Source: Octopus vulgaris (Eukaryota). From it: DNA of 64,000 nt. The notes beneath the pieces are model-generated. The model searched no databases. It saw nothing but the letters and a program-made list of their open reading frames with translations, and was not told the DNA's origin. The first letter of the stretch is position 1. Each line of letters begins with the position of its first letter. A program made the position numbers and the translations under genes. Location of the stretch: NCBI GenBank assembly GCA_951406725.2, contig OX597816.1, positions 112,158,001 to 112,222,000 on the forward strand, read 5' to 3'. Shown piece after piece: positions 23,537 to 36,340 of this stretch.

Positions 23537-24092
23537 AAACACACACACACACACACACACATACACAAACACACACACACACACACACACATACACAAAC
23601 ATACACACACACCCTCACCCTCTCTTATCTTTTTACTTTTTTCAGTCATGCTAGGGCACTGACTTGATGAATTTTAGTTGAATGAATCAACCACAGTACT
23701 TATACTTTTAAAGCCTGTTTCTTATTCTATTGGTCTCTTTTGCCAAACTGCTAGGTTACGGGAATGCAAATAAACCAACACCAATTCACAAGTACTGATA
23801 AGGAACAAACACAGACCCAAAGTCATGCACACATATTCCATTAGTTTCTTTCAGTTTCCCTCTTCCAAATCCAATCACTAGGCTTTGGGCAGCCCAAGGC
23901 TATACTAGAAGACACTTGCCCAAGGTGCCTTGCAATGGGACTGAACCTAGAAGAATGCATTTGGAAAGGAAACTTCTTACTACAGAGCCACGCCTGTGCC
24001 TATATGGCTGTGGTTGCATATGTATAGTCATACTATTACCTGTATATCCACACCTGTACCTATAAATAATTATATATATATATATATATATA

Positions 24093-24229
24093 TACCGGAG
24101 TAAACACATAAATGTGAAACAAGGTGGAAAAAAGAGTACTCAAATACTCAAAGTAGAGTAATATGCTTTATTTAAAGCAGCAGAAAATTCAACAAAACCT
24201 ATTACTCTGAGTTTCTCGTTGCCGTTCAT
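24093..24229 (-). mobile_element. Short pLTR-like fragment beginning inside a truncated hammerhead
   Basis: Minus strand ATGA-ACG(GCAA)CGA-GAAA-CTCAGAG-TA; same stem III as 10867; flanked by TA tracts. Confidence 0.5.
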
Positions 24230-24433
24230 ATATACATACACATACACCCACACTTCATTTTTGTATTTGGTTTGCAAGATTCTTTATGCAAATTCACGTG
24301 TTGCAATACATTTTTTATAGTGTAGAAACACAACACAATATATATGTGGTGCAGAGAGCAAATATAATATATATATGTTTGTGTGTGTGTGTGTGTGTGT
24401 GTATACATATTATGTATATATATGTATATATAT

Positions 24434-24472
<39 letters not shown>

Positions 24473-24510
24473 ATATATATATGTTACATATATATATATA
24501 TTGTGTTGTA

Positions 24511-25723
24511 TTATGTTGGCAAGAAAGTAATGTCGGTTTTATGAGTGTGAAAAAAATTATTCTTTTTCATACAAAGAATGAACTTTACTCAATTATATAT
24601 TTTCCATTTTGTTCGATGACCTTTTGTTATTTTTCAGGCAACTTCATGATTCCCCACTCATAGAACTTCTGCTACTTATCAATCAAAAACTGAAGCAAGT
24701 GCAATTTCAGGTCGTCATTATTATTGAAAATTTTACCATTCAATGAATTTTGCTAACTTCAAAATAGATAGTGATCTGATGGTGCAAAGTCAAGGCTATA
24801 TGGTAGATGTGACATCACTTTCTTACCAAGCACCAATAATTTTTCTTTGATTACTTCCTCCAGTTTCATTAGTTGTTGACAGTAAACATCTGAATTGATC
24901 GTTTGGTTCCTTGGAAGGAGTTCACAATATACAGCACTTTTGTAATCACCAAATTGTCAGCATGGCCTTTTTTTATGTAATTCTGCTTTTGATGTTGTTT
25001 GTGCTGGTTCATTACGCTTGAACCATGATCGTTTTCGATTGATGTTATTGTAGACAATCCATTTTTCATCACAAGTGATGATTCTTTTAAAAAAGAGGTC
25101 GATTTCATCGCGTTTGAGGTGCATATCACAAATATTGATTCGTTGTGTTAAGTGAATTGCTTTCAATTTATGTGGAACCTAAATATCAAGCGTCTTAACA
25201 AGTCCAAGACATTCAAGTGATTTTCAGTTGTTGTGTGTGATACCCTTAACCTCTCTGCAATCTCGTGCACAGTTATATGACAATCAGATTCAATTATGGC
25301 TTTGATTCAGTCATCATCAACTTCAGTATGTGACCAGAACGTTGGTCATCATTGAGTGTAAAATCTCCAAAATGGAATTTTTAAAACCATTTCTGACATG
25401 TGCATTCTGTAAAGTAATCAACACCATAAACCTCACATATCTCTTTGTGAGTCTCAGCAGCTTTCTTGCCTTTACAGAAATAAAAGAGCAAAATATGGCA
25501 AAATCTTCAATTTTGCACTCCATGTTAAAATTGACACTGAAATCACAGCTGTAAACAAAATTACGTGCAATTTGCTTCTAAAGTAAGCTAAACGTAATGG
25601 CTATCAAAAATTTGCTTCTAAAGTATGTCAAAAGGAAAAAATCATAACGTTGACAAAATTCATTTTAAAAAAGCGTAACTCTATATATTTGCAAAAAGCA
25701 AAATTACTTTCTTACCAACCCAA
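24511..25723 (-). mobile_element. Near full-length decayed mariner with both TIRs and TA target duplication
   Basis: TIRs TTATGTTGGCAAGAAAGTAAT and ATTACTTTCTTACCAACCCAA; MECKIE.. start, ITCDEKWIVYNN, PYSLDFAPSDHYLF. Confidence 0.92.
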
Positions 25724-25967
25724 TATATATCATCTTCATTTTAAAAGTTCACGCTTTCACTTTTCCATTTTCAATAGCTACATGCCTTTCCTGCTAAGTA
25801 ATATTTCCCCATGGCCAGACATATTAAAGCAGAATATTGGAAATGAAGGACTTTCATTTACAATCATGCAACATCCAAGACAAGGAAACACTAAAACTCA
25901 CACATACTTACACACATATACACACACACAAACACATACACACATGCACACACACTCACACACATAT

Positions 25968-26357
25968 TTGGCTTGTAGTATATGTTTGCTTCCCAACCAC
26001 ATGCTTACAGCTTCAGTCCAACTACCTGGCACTTTGGGCAAATGTCCTCTACTATAGCCTGAGGCTGACCAAAGCCTTTTGGACTTGGTAGATGGAAACT
26101 GAAAAAAGCCTGCATTATGTATGTGGGGGCTGTATGTGCATGTGTGTGTCTTTGTACCTGCAATTGCCCTCCACCACTGCTTCATAACCGTTGTTGTGGT
26201 GTTTATATTCTTGTTACTTAGCAGTTCAGTAAAAGAGACTGATAATAAGTACAAGGCTTAAAAAATGTACTGAGATTGATTTGTTTGACTAAATCCCTCA
26301 AGGTGGTGCCTCAGTATGGCTGCTGTCTAATGACTAAAACAAATATAAGATAAAAGA
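25968..26357 (+). mobile_element. CORE-type SINE
   Basis: GGCACTTTGGGCAAATGTCCTCTACTATAGCC and typical tail. Confidence 0.8.
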
Positions 26358-26412
26358 TTTATATATATATATATATAAAACGGACGCTAAACGACGATGA
26401 TGATGATGATGA

Positions 26413-26449
<37 letters not shown>

Positions 26450-26461
26450 TTTTATCATAAA

Positions 26462-27400
26462 CTAGTAGTATAACCCAGCGTTGCCCAGGATTAAGTTAGG
26501 ATTATTAAGCTAATCAAGCACTTTGTTTCAAACCAAACTAAGTAACACCATCGTCAAATTTGTGTGAAATCCATTGAAATTGGTAAACATTTGGCTGATA
26601 ATGGGTTGCAGACAATTTGATTGGGAAATCCCATAAGGAAATGATTTATCGATTTTCCCACTCATCAATTGTGTTCTTTTTTTGTTTTGGAGAATTTAAA
26701 GTATTCAAACATCCCATGAGTCCTAAATAACACCAGCTTCAAGTTTGAGCAAAATACATCAAAATTTGTAAAAGTTATGGTTGAAAATGGTGTGTACCCA
26801 ATTTTAGTGAGAAATCCTATAAGGAATCGATTTATCGATTTTTCATCCTGATTGAATGGAAAACCCCATAAGGAGTCAGTTTATTGATTTTTCACCCCAA
26901 ATAAGACTTAACTGAACACAATATTGCTGATTCAAAAATCTATATTTATATTTTAAAGCTTGTTTTCATACCCAACCCAGTTCTGCAGAATCAGTGTTGT
27001 GATGGGAACGCATGAGTTGGGAGTTTGACCGGCAGAGGTGATCAGGTTGCACATGCTGGCCCTTTCAAAACCACCATCCCCATCATCTAACCCTCTTTTA
27101 CCCATGGATTGGGAGCCCTTCCAGCAAGGAAAATAGAACACCCAAAAGGGCTCCCAATCCTCTGTGTAAGAAGAGGTTATATTCGGATCACAACTAAGCC
27201 TTAACCTAAGCCTAAGTTAACCGAGTGAAAGGGGGCTCAAGAGCCTCTGAGAGGCCGTGACTAATCCCCATCTAGACCTAACCCCTCCTAGGAGTACTAT
27301 TGGTCAAGGCTGCATCAAAGATATGCATTGGAGAAGGTTGCCTTGGAGATCTGCATCGAAGATCTGCATTGGAGAAGGTTGCACCAAAGGTTTGCATGCT

Positions 27401-27441
<41 letters not shown>

Positions 27442-28085
27442 CAAGAAAATGGAGGGATCAATAGGTGGTTCATCAACTTTTAGACATTATATTATGTTAA
27501 CTTATTTATTTATTTACTAAACTGGCAATTACAATAAAATACATACATGTATAACATATTATGCTTTACATAAAATATACTGATATATAATGATACCAGT
27601 AATTATTACAAAATAACATACATGAATATAAATTGAGAAAATAACTTACAGCTGTTTCAGCCAAGAGGTAAAAATACCTCATTCTACCTTTATTACCCAA
27701 GTAGACTGAAGTAATAGATATATGAAATTGAGGTACTCGGGTATTTCTCTAGGCTTTGTCAGAGATCATAAAGTATACACACATTTAAATACTTATATAT
27801 ATAGATATACATATACATACATATATAAATATACATAAATACTTATATATATATATATACTGAAATGTACATACATATTTGCATTTATAAGCATGCATAA
27901 TAATCAGTTATTACTAATATTATTAATAGTAGATGCATTCTATTATTCACATCAGATATAATATAGAATATAATATATAAACAGATAATTTTAAGGATAG
28001 TATAAGGATAGTATAGGTTCACAACCTCTAACTTTCTTGAAGTTATACACACACACACACACACACAATATGTCACCTTCTCTAC

Positions 28086-28116
<31 letters not shown>

Positions 28117-28689
28117 TTAATAACGAACCATGTAATTCACACTCTGGAAAATTTATTTCTGTAAAATGTTGGGAGTACGTAAAATTTCTGGGGCTTCCAC
28201 CTCACTCCATCCCATTTTTTTCGGACACCAAAAAGGGTTTTGTAGCATATTAGGAGGTCACAGAAATTCATTCAACGAAAAAAATTCCCAATGATTCCAA
28301 ACAATGATTCAGCATTTTAGGAGGTCAGAGCACTTGATTACACACAAAAAATCCGTGTCTTTTTTTTTCTATTTTCTCGGTGAAAATCGTGCAGGCGTTA
28401 ATCTAAAAATTTACCCTTTGTTTTTCTTTCTCCCCATTGCTAGACAGGTGACTTAACTTATATTAGCAAACTTACGGATTTCACCAACATGGAAATTGGT
28501 AAAAGTTATGGTTGAAAATCGATTTTTACTACTAGCTGTGGGTGCCTCGGTGAAAATAAGTTGACAAAACGCAGCCATGATCGTGACCAATGTCCTCCTA
28601 AAATTAGAGTGACATGCGTGCTAATTTGTGGACATACATAAATTACATTTATGTACACACACACACATGCATCCTGCTTTTTTTATAGA
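26462..28689 (-). mobile_element. Non-autonomous Helitron with internal insertions
   Basis: 3' end CCTGGGCAACGCTGGG hairpin then CTAG|T at 26461-26488; 5' TCTATAAAAAAAGCAGGATG at about 28689; internal CCCATAAGGA..GATTTATCGATTTT subrepeats. Confidence 0.6.
27641..27769 (-). ncRNA. Hammerhead motif (G8 changed to A) with very long stem II, in a non-coding element at about 27440-27790 between TA tracts
   Basis: ATGATCT-CTGACAA-AGCCTAGAG..CTCTTGGCT-GAAA-CAGCTG-TA-AGTTAT. Confidence 0.7.
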
Positions 28690-28849
28690 TAAATAGATAG
28701 ATAAGTGATTTAAAATATATATATTTTAATTGCTGTGTGAGAAAGTATATATAATCTGATTATAAAATATTGTGTCTTTCAAAAACATCCTAAATTTGAA
28801 TATTATATCTCGTGTTTAAGAAATAAAATACAATTTACATTTTTATTTT

Positions 28850-29279
28850 TGATGAACGCTGTCACTTACCCTCTCTCCCTCACACACACTTTCTCTTTAC
28901 ATTTTTTGTTAGACGTTGTCAAACTCTCTCTCTCCCTCTTACATACTTTTTCTTTACATTTTTTTTTTGTTTGTTTAAACGCTGTCGAACTCTCTCTCCC
29001 TCACACTCACACACACACACTTTCACTTCACTATGGCAAGAAGGGGACTTAACTCATGTTAGCAAACTTCAAAATTGGTAAACGTTATGGTTGAAAATCA
29101 ATTTTTACCATTATCCGCAGGTGTCGCGGGAAAAATAAATTGAGAAAACCCAGCTAGGGTCATGACGAATGTCCTTCAAAAATTGGAACGACATGTGTGC
29201 TAATTTGTGGGCATGCATAAATTACATTCACATACACACACACATACACATACACACAAACATCCTGCCTTTTATAGAT
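28850..29279 (-). mobile_element. Second Helitron-like 5' end, with three repeats of about 60 bp
   Basis: 29050-29279 is a diverged direct repeat of 28450-28689; ACGCTGTC..CTCTCTCCCTCACAC units at 28855-29030. Confidence 0.6.
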
Positions 29280-29460
29280 ATACAGATGACTTTTTCTTAT
29301 TTCCCTAGTGTAAAGCTAATACACTTGCTTGTTGTTCATACACCTGTCTTTGTCTTATGTTTTTCCATAAATTTCAACTATATATATATGGTCATGTACT
29401 ACAGATGGATGAGGAGAGATGTGTGAAGAAGTGCCACATTCATACTCACACACACGCACA

Positions 29461-29517
<57 letters not shown>

Positions 29518-29519
29518 GC

Positions 29520-29599
29520 ATTGTTCTGGGTTCAGTCCCACTGCATGGCACCTTGGGTAAGTGTCTTCTACTATAGCCTGTCATATATATGTGTGTGTT

Positions 29600-29637
<38 letters not shown>

Positions 29638-29843
29638 TCTGTCTGTGCTTGATCCTCCTCCGTCACTTGACAACCAGTGTTGTTGTGTTTACATCCCCAT
29701 AACTTAGCAGTTCAGTACAACAGACCAATAGAATAAGTACCAGGCTTACAAAGAATAAGTCCTGGGCTTGATATGTTCGACTAAAGGCGGTGCTCCAGCA
29801 TGGCTGCAGTCAAATGACTGAAACAAATAAAAGAATAAAAGAA
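29520..29843 (+). mobile_element. CORE-type SINE, 5'-clipped
   Basis: GGGTTCAGTCCCACTGCATGGCACCTTGGG and full tail. Confidence 0.85.
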
Positions 29844-29866
29844 TATATATATATATATATATATAT

Positions 29867-29917
<51 letters not shown>

Positions 29918-29926
29918 TACATATGT

Positions 29927-30001
<75 letters not shown>

Positions 30002-30237
30002 GATAGACAGATAGATAGATAGATAGACACGCATACATGCCCACACACATACATATCTGTATCTGTTTCTATGACCATATATCAAACTATAATGAATGTG
30101 TCAGTATTTCTTATGAACAGTTTACACATCACTGTACTAAGCTGACAGTCCAGATATGTGTCTTAGTAAAGTTGTATATTTATCTCTCTGTCAAAGTATC
30201 AGTCAATAAGTATATCAGTTATATCTATATATCTGTA

Positions 30238-31521
<1,284 letters not shown>

Positions 31522-31935
31522 TAAGACTAGTACTTATTCTATTAGTTTGTTCTTGTGAAACCAGTAAGTTTTGTGGATGCAAATAAATGAACAGCAGTTG
31601 TGAAGCAGTGATGAGGGTGAAACAGAGACACAAAGACACACATGCACTTACATATATACATATATATACGATTGATTTGTTTCAGTTCCTGTCTACGAAA
31701 TCCATATCTATTGTTGTTGGCATCCTTTTTGTCTCAGGAGATAATTGAGTTGCGCATAAAATAATCTAGTCTGGCTTTTACATTTCATGTCCTAATACAT
31801 CTCCTGCTGTGGCTGTGTAGTCCTATCCTGGACAAACACTCCCTCTGGCAGGTACCACAAATGTAGCGAAGACTTTTGTAAGAAATAGAACTTTTATCGT
31901 CGGTGTTAAATATATTTTCGCCAGTGTATATATCC

Positions 31936-34473
31936 CAGGTCATCCCATAAGTTCTGTCCGAATTTTGGATAAAGAATACAAGTGATCAAATGTTATGTTT
32001 AATTGAAAGTTAATCATCAATGTACTTTCCCTGATTATCTATGACTTACTTTCATCTATTGACAAGCTTTTTAATCCCACCAATGTAAAACTCTTTTGGT
32101 TTCAAAGCGAAGAACTCTGAAATGTCAGGTTCGACCTCCTCCTGGCTTGCGAAAGTTAAGTCCCCCTAATAATTCTGTAAACTAAAAATTCTGAAGGAGT
32201 AAGGTCGGGAGAATAAGTTGGATGAAGAAATTTTTCCAAACCGACCTCTTCCATCTTCTGTGATGTGATCTTTGCAGTGTGGGGTTGCGCATTGTCCTGA
32301 TGAAACATCACTCGTTTTCGACTCACTAAAGCGGCTCTTTTTTCCTTCAAAGCCTTGTTCAAACGCTCTAATTGCTGACAGTAGACTTGAGCATTGATTG
32401 TTGCATTAGGTGGTAACAATATAAAGTGAATTACGCCTTTGCAATCGCACCAGATAGAGTAGAACCTTTTTCCCATGAAGTTCCCTTCTCGGTTGTGGTT
32501 GAGCATTTTCCCTTTTACCAAGCCACTCTTTACGACGTTTAACATTTCGATAGAAAATCCATTTTTCGTCACAAGTCTATCGAAAAAGGGTGAAATGAGT
32601 TTGCGAGAATGGAGAGAAGAGCAGATGTCAACTCGGGATTTGCGGTTGCTTTCGGACAATACATGAGGTACCTATTTTCCAAGTTTAGGAATCTTTCCAC
32701 GTTGTTGAAGATAACGATGAACTGTTGTATTGTTTGAAGTAAGCTTTATTGCCAATTCTTCAACTGATAATGACGGATTTTCTTCAAGTAATTCCTCAAG
32801 AAGCTTATCATCAAACTCAACTGGACATCCTATTCGATCTTCATCTTCAATTTTGAAAACGATCTCCTGCAAGTTCTTTCATTCAAGTACTTTCCCATAA
32901 ACTGAGTGTATGTTTCGAGTCACTTCGGCTGCAGAGTTACCTTTAATGTACTCATAAAGAATTATATGTGCCTTAAATGCTCCTTGGATACTTCCATATT
33001 GAAAGGGTTTTAATCAAAGCAATTTTAAGGTGTCCACGAAGTCTAGGTACATGGAATAAAATCATAACATAAACAAATATAAGAAATAATAATTTTCCTT
33101 TTTTACTTTTGTTTAAATTAAATAAAAAATATACTTTACTTTTCTAAATTTATTTGTTATTTTTTCTACAGATGATCGAATGATGGCTCTGTCTAAAGAA
33201 GAAAGAATCCCAGATCGAATGATGGACCTATCTAAAGAAGAAAGAATCGAGTTAGTATTATTAAGTGGACGAGAGGAATGGTCTTATCGCAAAATTGTAG
33301 AAGAATTTAATCTTCGACACCCTTATAGGCAACCTATTTTTTTTACTGCCGTCGGGAAATTGATCAAGAAATTTAAAGAAACGCGCAATGTTTTGGATAA
33401 ACCCCGTTCTAGTCGAACAAAGACTTCAGTTGAAACGAAAGAGGCTGTCATTGCTAAAGTTTCTGCTAGCCCAAAGAAATCACTTCGTCGGACATCCACG
33501 GTGTTAGGTGTTCCAAAACCAACCATCCACAAAATGCTGTTTGAGGAAAAGTTTCATCGATACAACCTACAGATATTGCATCACTTAAATGAAGACGACC
33601 CTGATATACGAATGTAGACGTGTGAATAGTTTTCAGATAAATTGGATGAAAATATCAATCTTACGAAAAACTCTGTGTTGTTCAGTGACAAAGCTACGTT
33701 TTACGTAAATGGTGAGGTCAACAGACAGAATCTTCTATACTGGTCTCGAGGCAATCCATATTGGATGGATCCATCTAAACAGCAAGGCAGCAAAAAGGTG
33801 ATGGTGTGGTGTGGTTTGTGGAAAGCTCATGTTCTAGGACCCTTCTTCATTGAACATGTAACGGATGAGACTTATGTAAACATATTGAGAGACAAATTAA
33901 TATCTCAAATTGAGCGCCTAGGCGGGGTCCTTCCGAATTGGTTTCAGCAGGATGGGCTTAATGACACTTTTCCTCACTGGATTGGAAGAAGGGCTCATAT
34001 GAAAAGGTCCCCTCGTTCACCAGACCTTTCTCCCCTTGATTTCTTTTTCTGGGGTATGTTGAAAGAGAAAGATTACAATAAAGATTACAGATTTAAAACA
34101 CATGAGAGAACGCATTACCAGTCAGTGTGCTTAAACTGATGGCAATGTAGACTTATTTAATCAAGTTCACCTGAATTTTGCAAGGTGCATCAAGTTATGC
34201 ATTGAAAAATTATGGAAATCACTTTCAAAATATTATTTATTAACATTATAATTAAATAAAATTGGTTTGTTTTAAAATATGTGTTAATCCCCATGTACGC
34301 AAACTTTGTGGATACCCTCTATTATTTTGTAAAACAATATTGAATTAGTTTAAACGTACACAAATTCATAAAAATAATATTTTATTGAATTAGACATTTG
34401 AAAATACTATTAAATTTCATTCAAATCTAAAAAAAAAAAAGGTAAAATTGGACAGAACTGATTGGATGACTTG
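31936..34473 (-). mobile_element. Decayed mariner with both TIRs, interrupted by a nested Tc1-like element
   Basis: TIRs CAGGTCATCCCATAAGTTCTGTCCGAATTTT and AAAATTGGACAGAACTGATTGGATGACTTG; ATG at 32997 (MEVSKEHLRHI), FHQDNAQPH, HPTYSPDLTPS. Confidence 0.92.
33027..34319 (+). mobile_element. Tc1/mariner-superfamily element (rosa/DD41D-like), pseudogenised
   Basis: TIRs GGTGTCCACGAAGTCTAGGTACATGG and CCATGTACGCAAACTTTGTGGATACC; FSDKATF, VMVWCG, WFQQDG, RSPDLSPLDFFFWG. Confidence 0.9.
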
Positions 34474-35119
34474 ATATATATAATCTATGATATTCTAGTA
34501 GGTTTCAAGTTTATAACACCTTGATATCTCATGTTATCTCATTTTATATGCCTTATTTTCTATTCTGGTTTTTATATATTTCTATACATTATATTTGTAT
34601 CTATAATTTATTTTAAGCCGAAACATAATACGATCCTTGTACAAACGAAAGAACAAGAATGTCCTCTGGAACTTTTATCTTCCACCGGTGTTTGTAATCG
34701 ATGGTGACATGTGCGATGATTTTGCGACTATCTTATATTTTACAGAGAAATGTAAGCCACCACTTTATGCATAATACAATATTTATAGTTCTCTATTTCT
34801 AACTCAAATTCTGTCCTCAATAATTTTAGATCTCCATTTCTAAATGTAATTCTTTTTCTTCTCGTTCAGTTTATAACTAAAACACGCATTCTTGTCGGTC
34901 TCATGACAAAGATTTTTTTTCTCCAACGTTCACCACTTCACCTCGTTAGGGTTAAACAGCCCTTACCGAATGTTTTCACTGTCCTGTTTTTGTTAGCAGC
35001 TTTGACGTTCCACGTATCTCAAATTTTATTTAATTTCCTTTGGGGGAGCAATTGCTTTGACGAAGACGCATCTTGTTGCACTGCTCCCAACCCAACCCAA
35101 CCGTAATAGTGACACCAAC

Positions 35120-35918
35120 GCCATAGCGTCGACTGTGGGCCAGTAGCTATGTAGGTCGCCCCAATGGCGCTCAGAGCGAGCTCAGGTCGCATTAGCGTCG
35201 ACTGTGGGCCGGTAGCTGTGTACAGTCGTCCCAATGGCGCCCAGAGCTTTGCCCATGACACTCCCCGAACCCTAAGTAAGGCATGTGTAAAATTTGAATG
35301 AAATTGGTTGTGTAGTTCTCAAGTTTTAGGGATTCACACAGACAGACAGGCACACATTCTCAGTTTCATATATATCGATATACTAGCATTATGACCCTGT
35401 CGTTGCCGGGTCATAGTGCTAGTGCATGTATATATGTGTATATATATATGTGTATATATTACATGTACATCTATATATATATATACATCTACACATAAAA
35501 TACAAATTACAAAGTTATATCTTGATATCGCTAGTGATAACAATACTCAAAATATATAACAGACTGGAATTGTAGGCCCCTTTCTTGCAATTTCGATCAA
35601 TTGGATCTTGTCTTGTCCTCCCTCTTGTATAGAAGTGTGGCTACAATCCAGCCTACCTCTACTTCTGGGGGGACATTTTAAATTTTTATCCGGTACGTCC
35701 TACGTCCCAGATATAAAGGTAAAAATAAAATATTTCCACTTTGCAAGGTTCGAGTCGAGTACTCCGTTGCACGCTCCGTTGACTCGAACCTTGCTTGTAT
35801 TGTGGCGAATTTACCGCCTCTGGTTAGATATCTTTCATAGTCGCACCAAGACACTTTTCGACTGTGGGCCGGTAGCTGTGTACAGTCGCCCCAATGTCGC
35901 CCAGAGCGAGCTCTGGTT
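35120..35918 (-). mobile_element. Tandem Helitron-like units with GC-rich repeats of about 70 bp
   Basis: TCGACTGTGGGCCGGTAGCTGTGTACAGTCG units near 35129, 35198 and 35858; 5' end at about 35378 abuts a CTAG/hairpin end at 35382. Confidence 0.55.
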
Positions 35919-36163
35919 AGTCTGAGGCTATAGCAGAAGACACATGCCAAGTTACCACACAGCCACACCTGCCCCTGTGTGTGTGGGTGTGGGTGGGTGT
36001 ATCGGTATGTGTGTATGGGTGTATATACGTATGCATGTATATATGTGTATATATATGCGTACATATTACATGTACATCTATATATACATCCAGACATACA
36101 TGTTTACATATACATGTATATCTATAGAAATACATATACAGCTATACATATACATCAGTATAT

Positions 36164-36255
<92 letters not shown>

Positions 36256-36275
36256 ATATATTTATATATATGTAC

Positions 36276-36339
<64 letters not shown>

Positions 36340-36340
<1 letters not shown>

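Larger units (their letters stand above)
18382..24008. repeat. Large inverted duplication (arms about 18382-20760 and 21495-24008)
   Basis: Collinear reverse-complement match across SINEs, unique DNA and a PLE fragment, e.g. 19005-19110 vs 23255-23360 and 19800-19905 vs 22437-22545. Confidence 0.93.
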
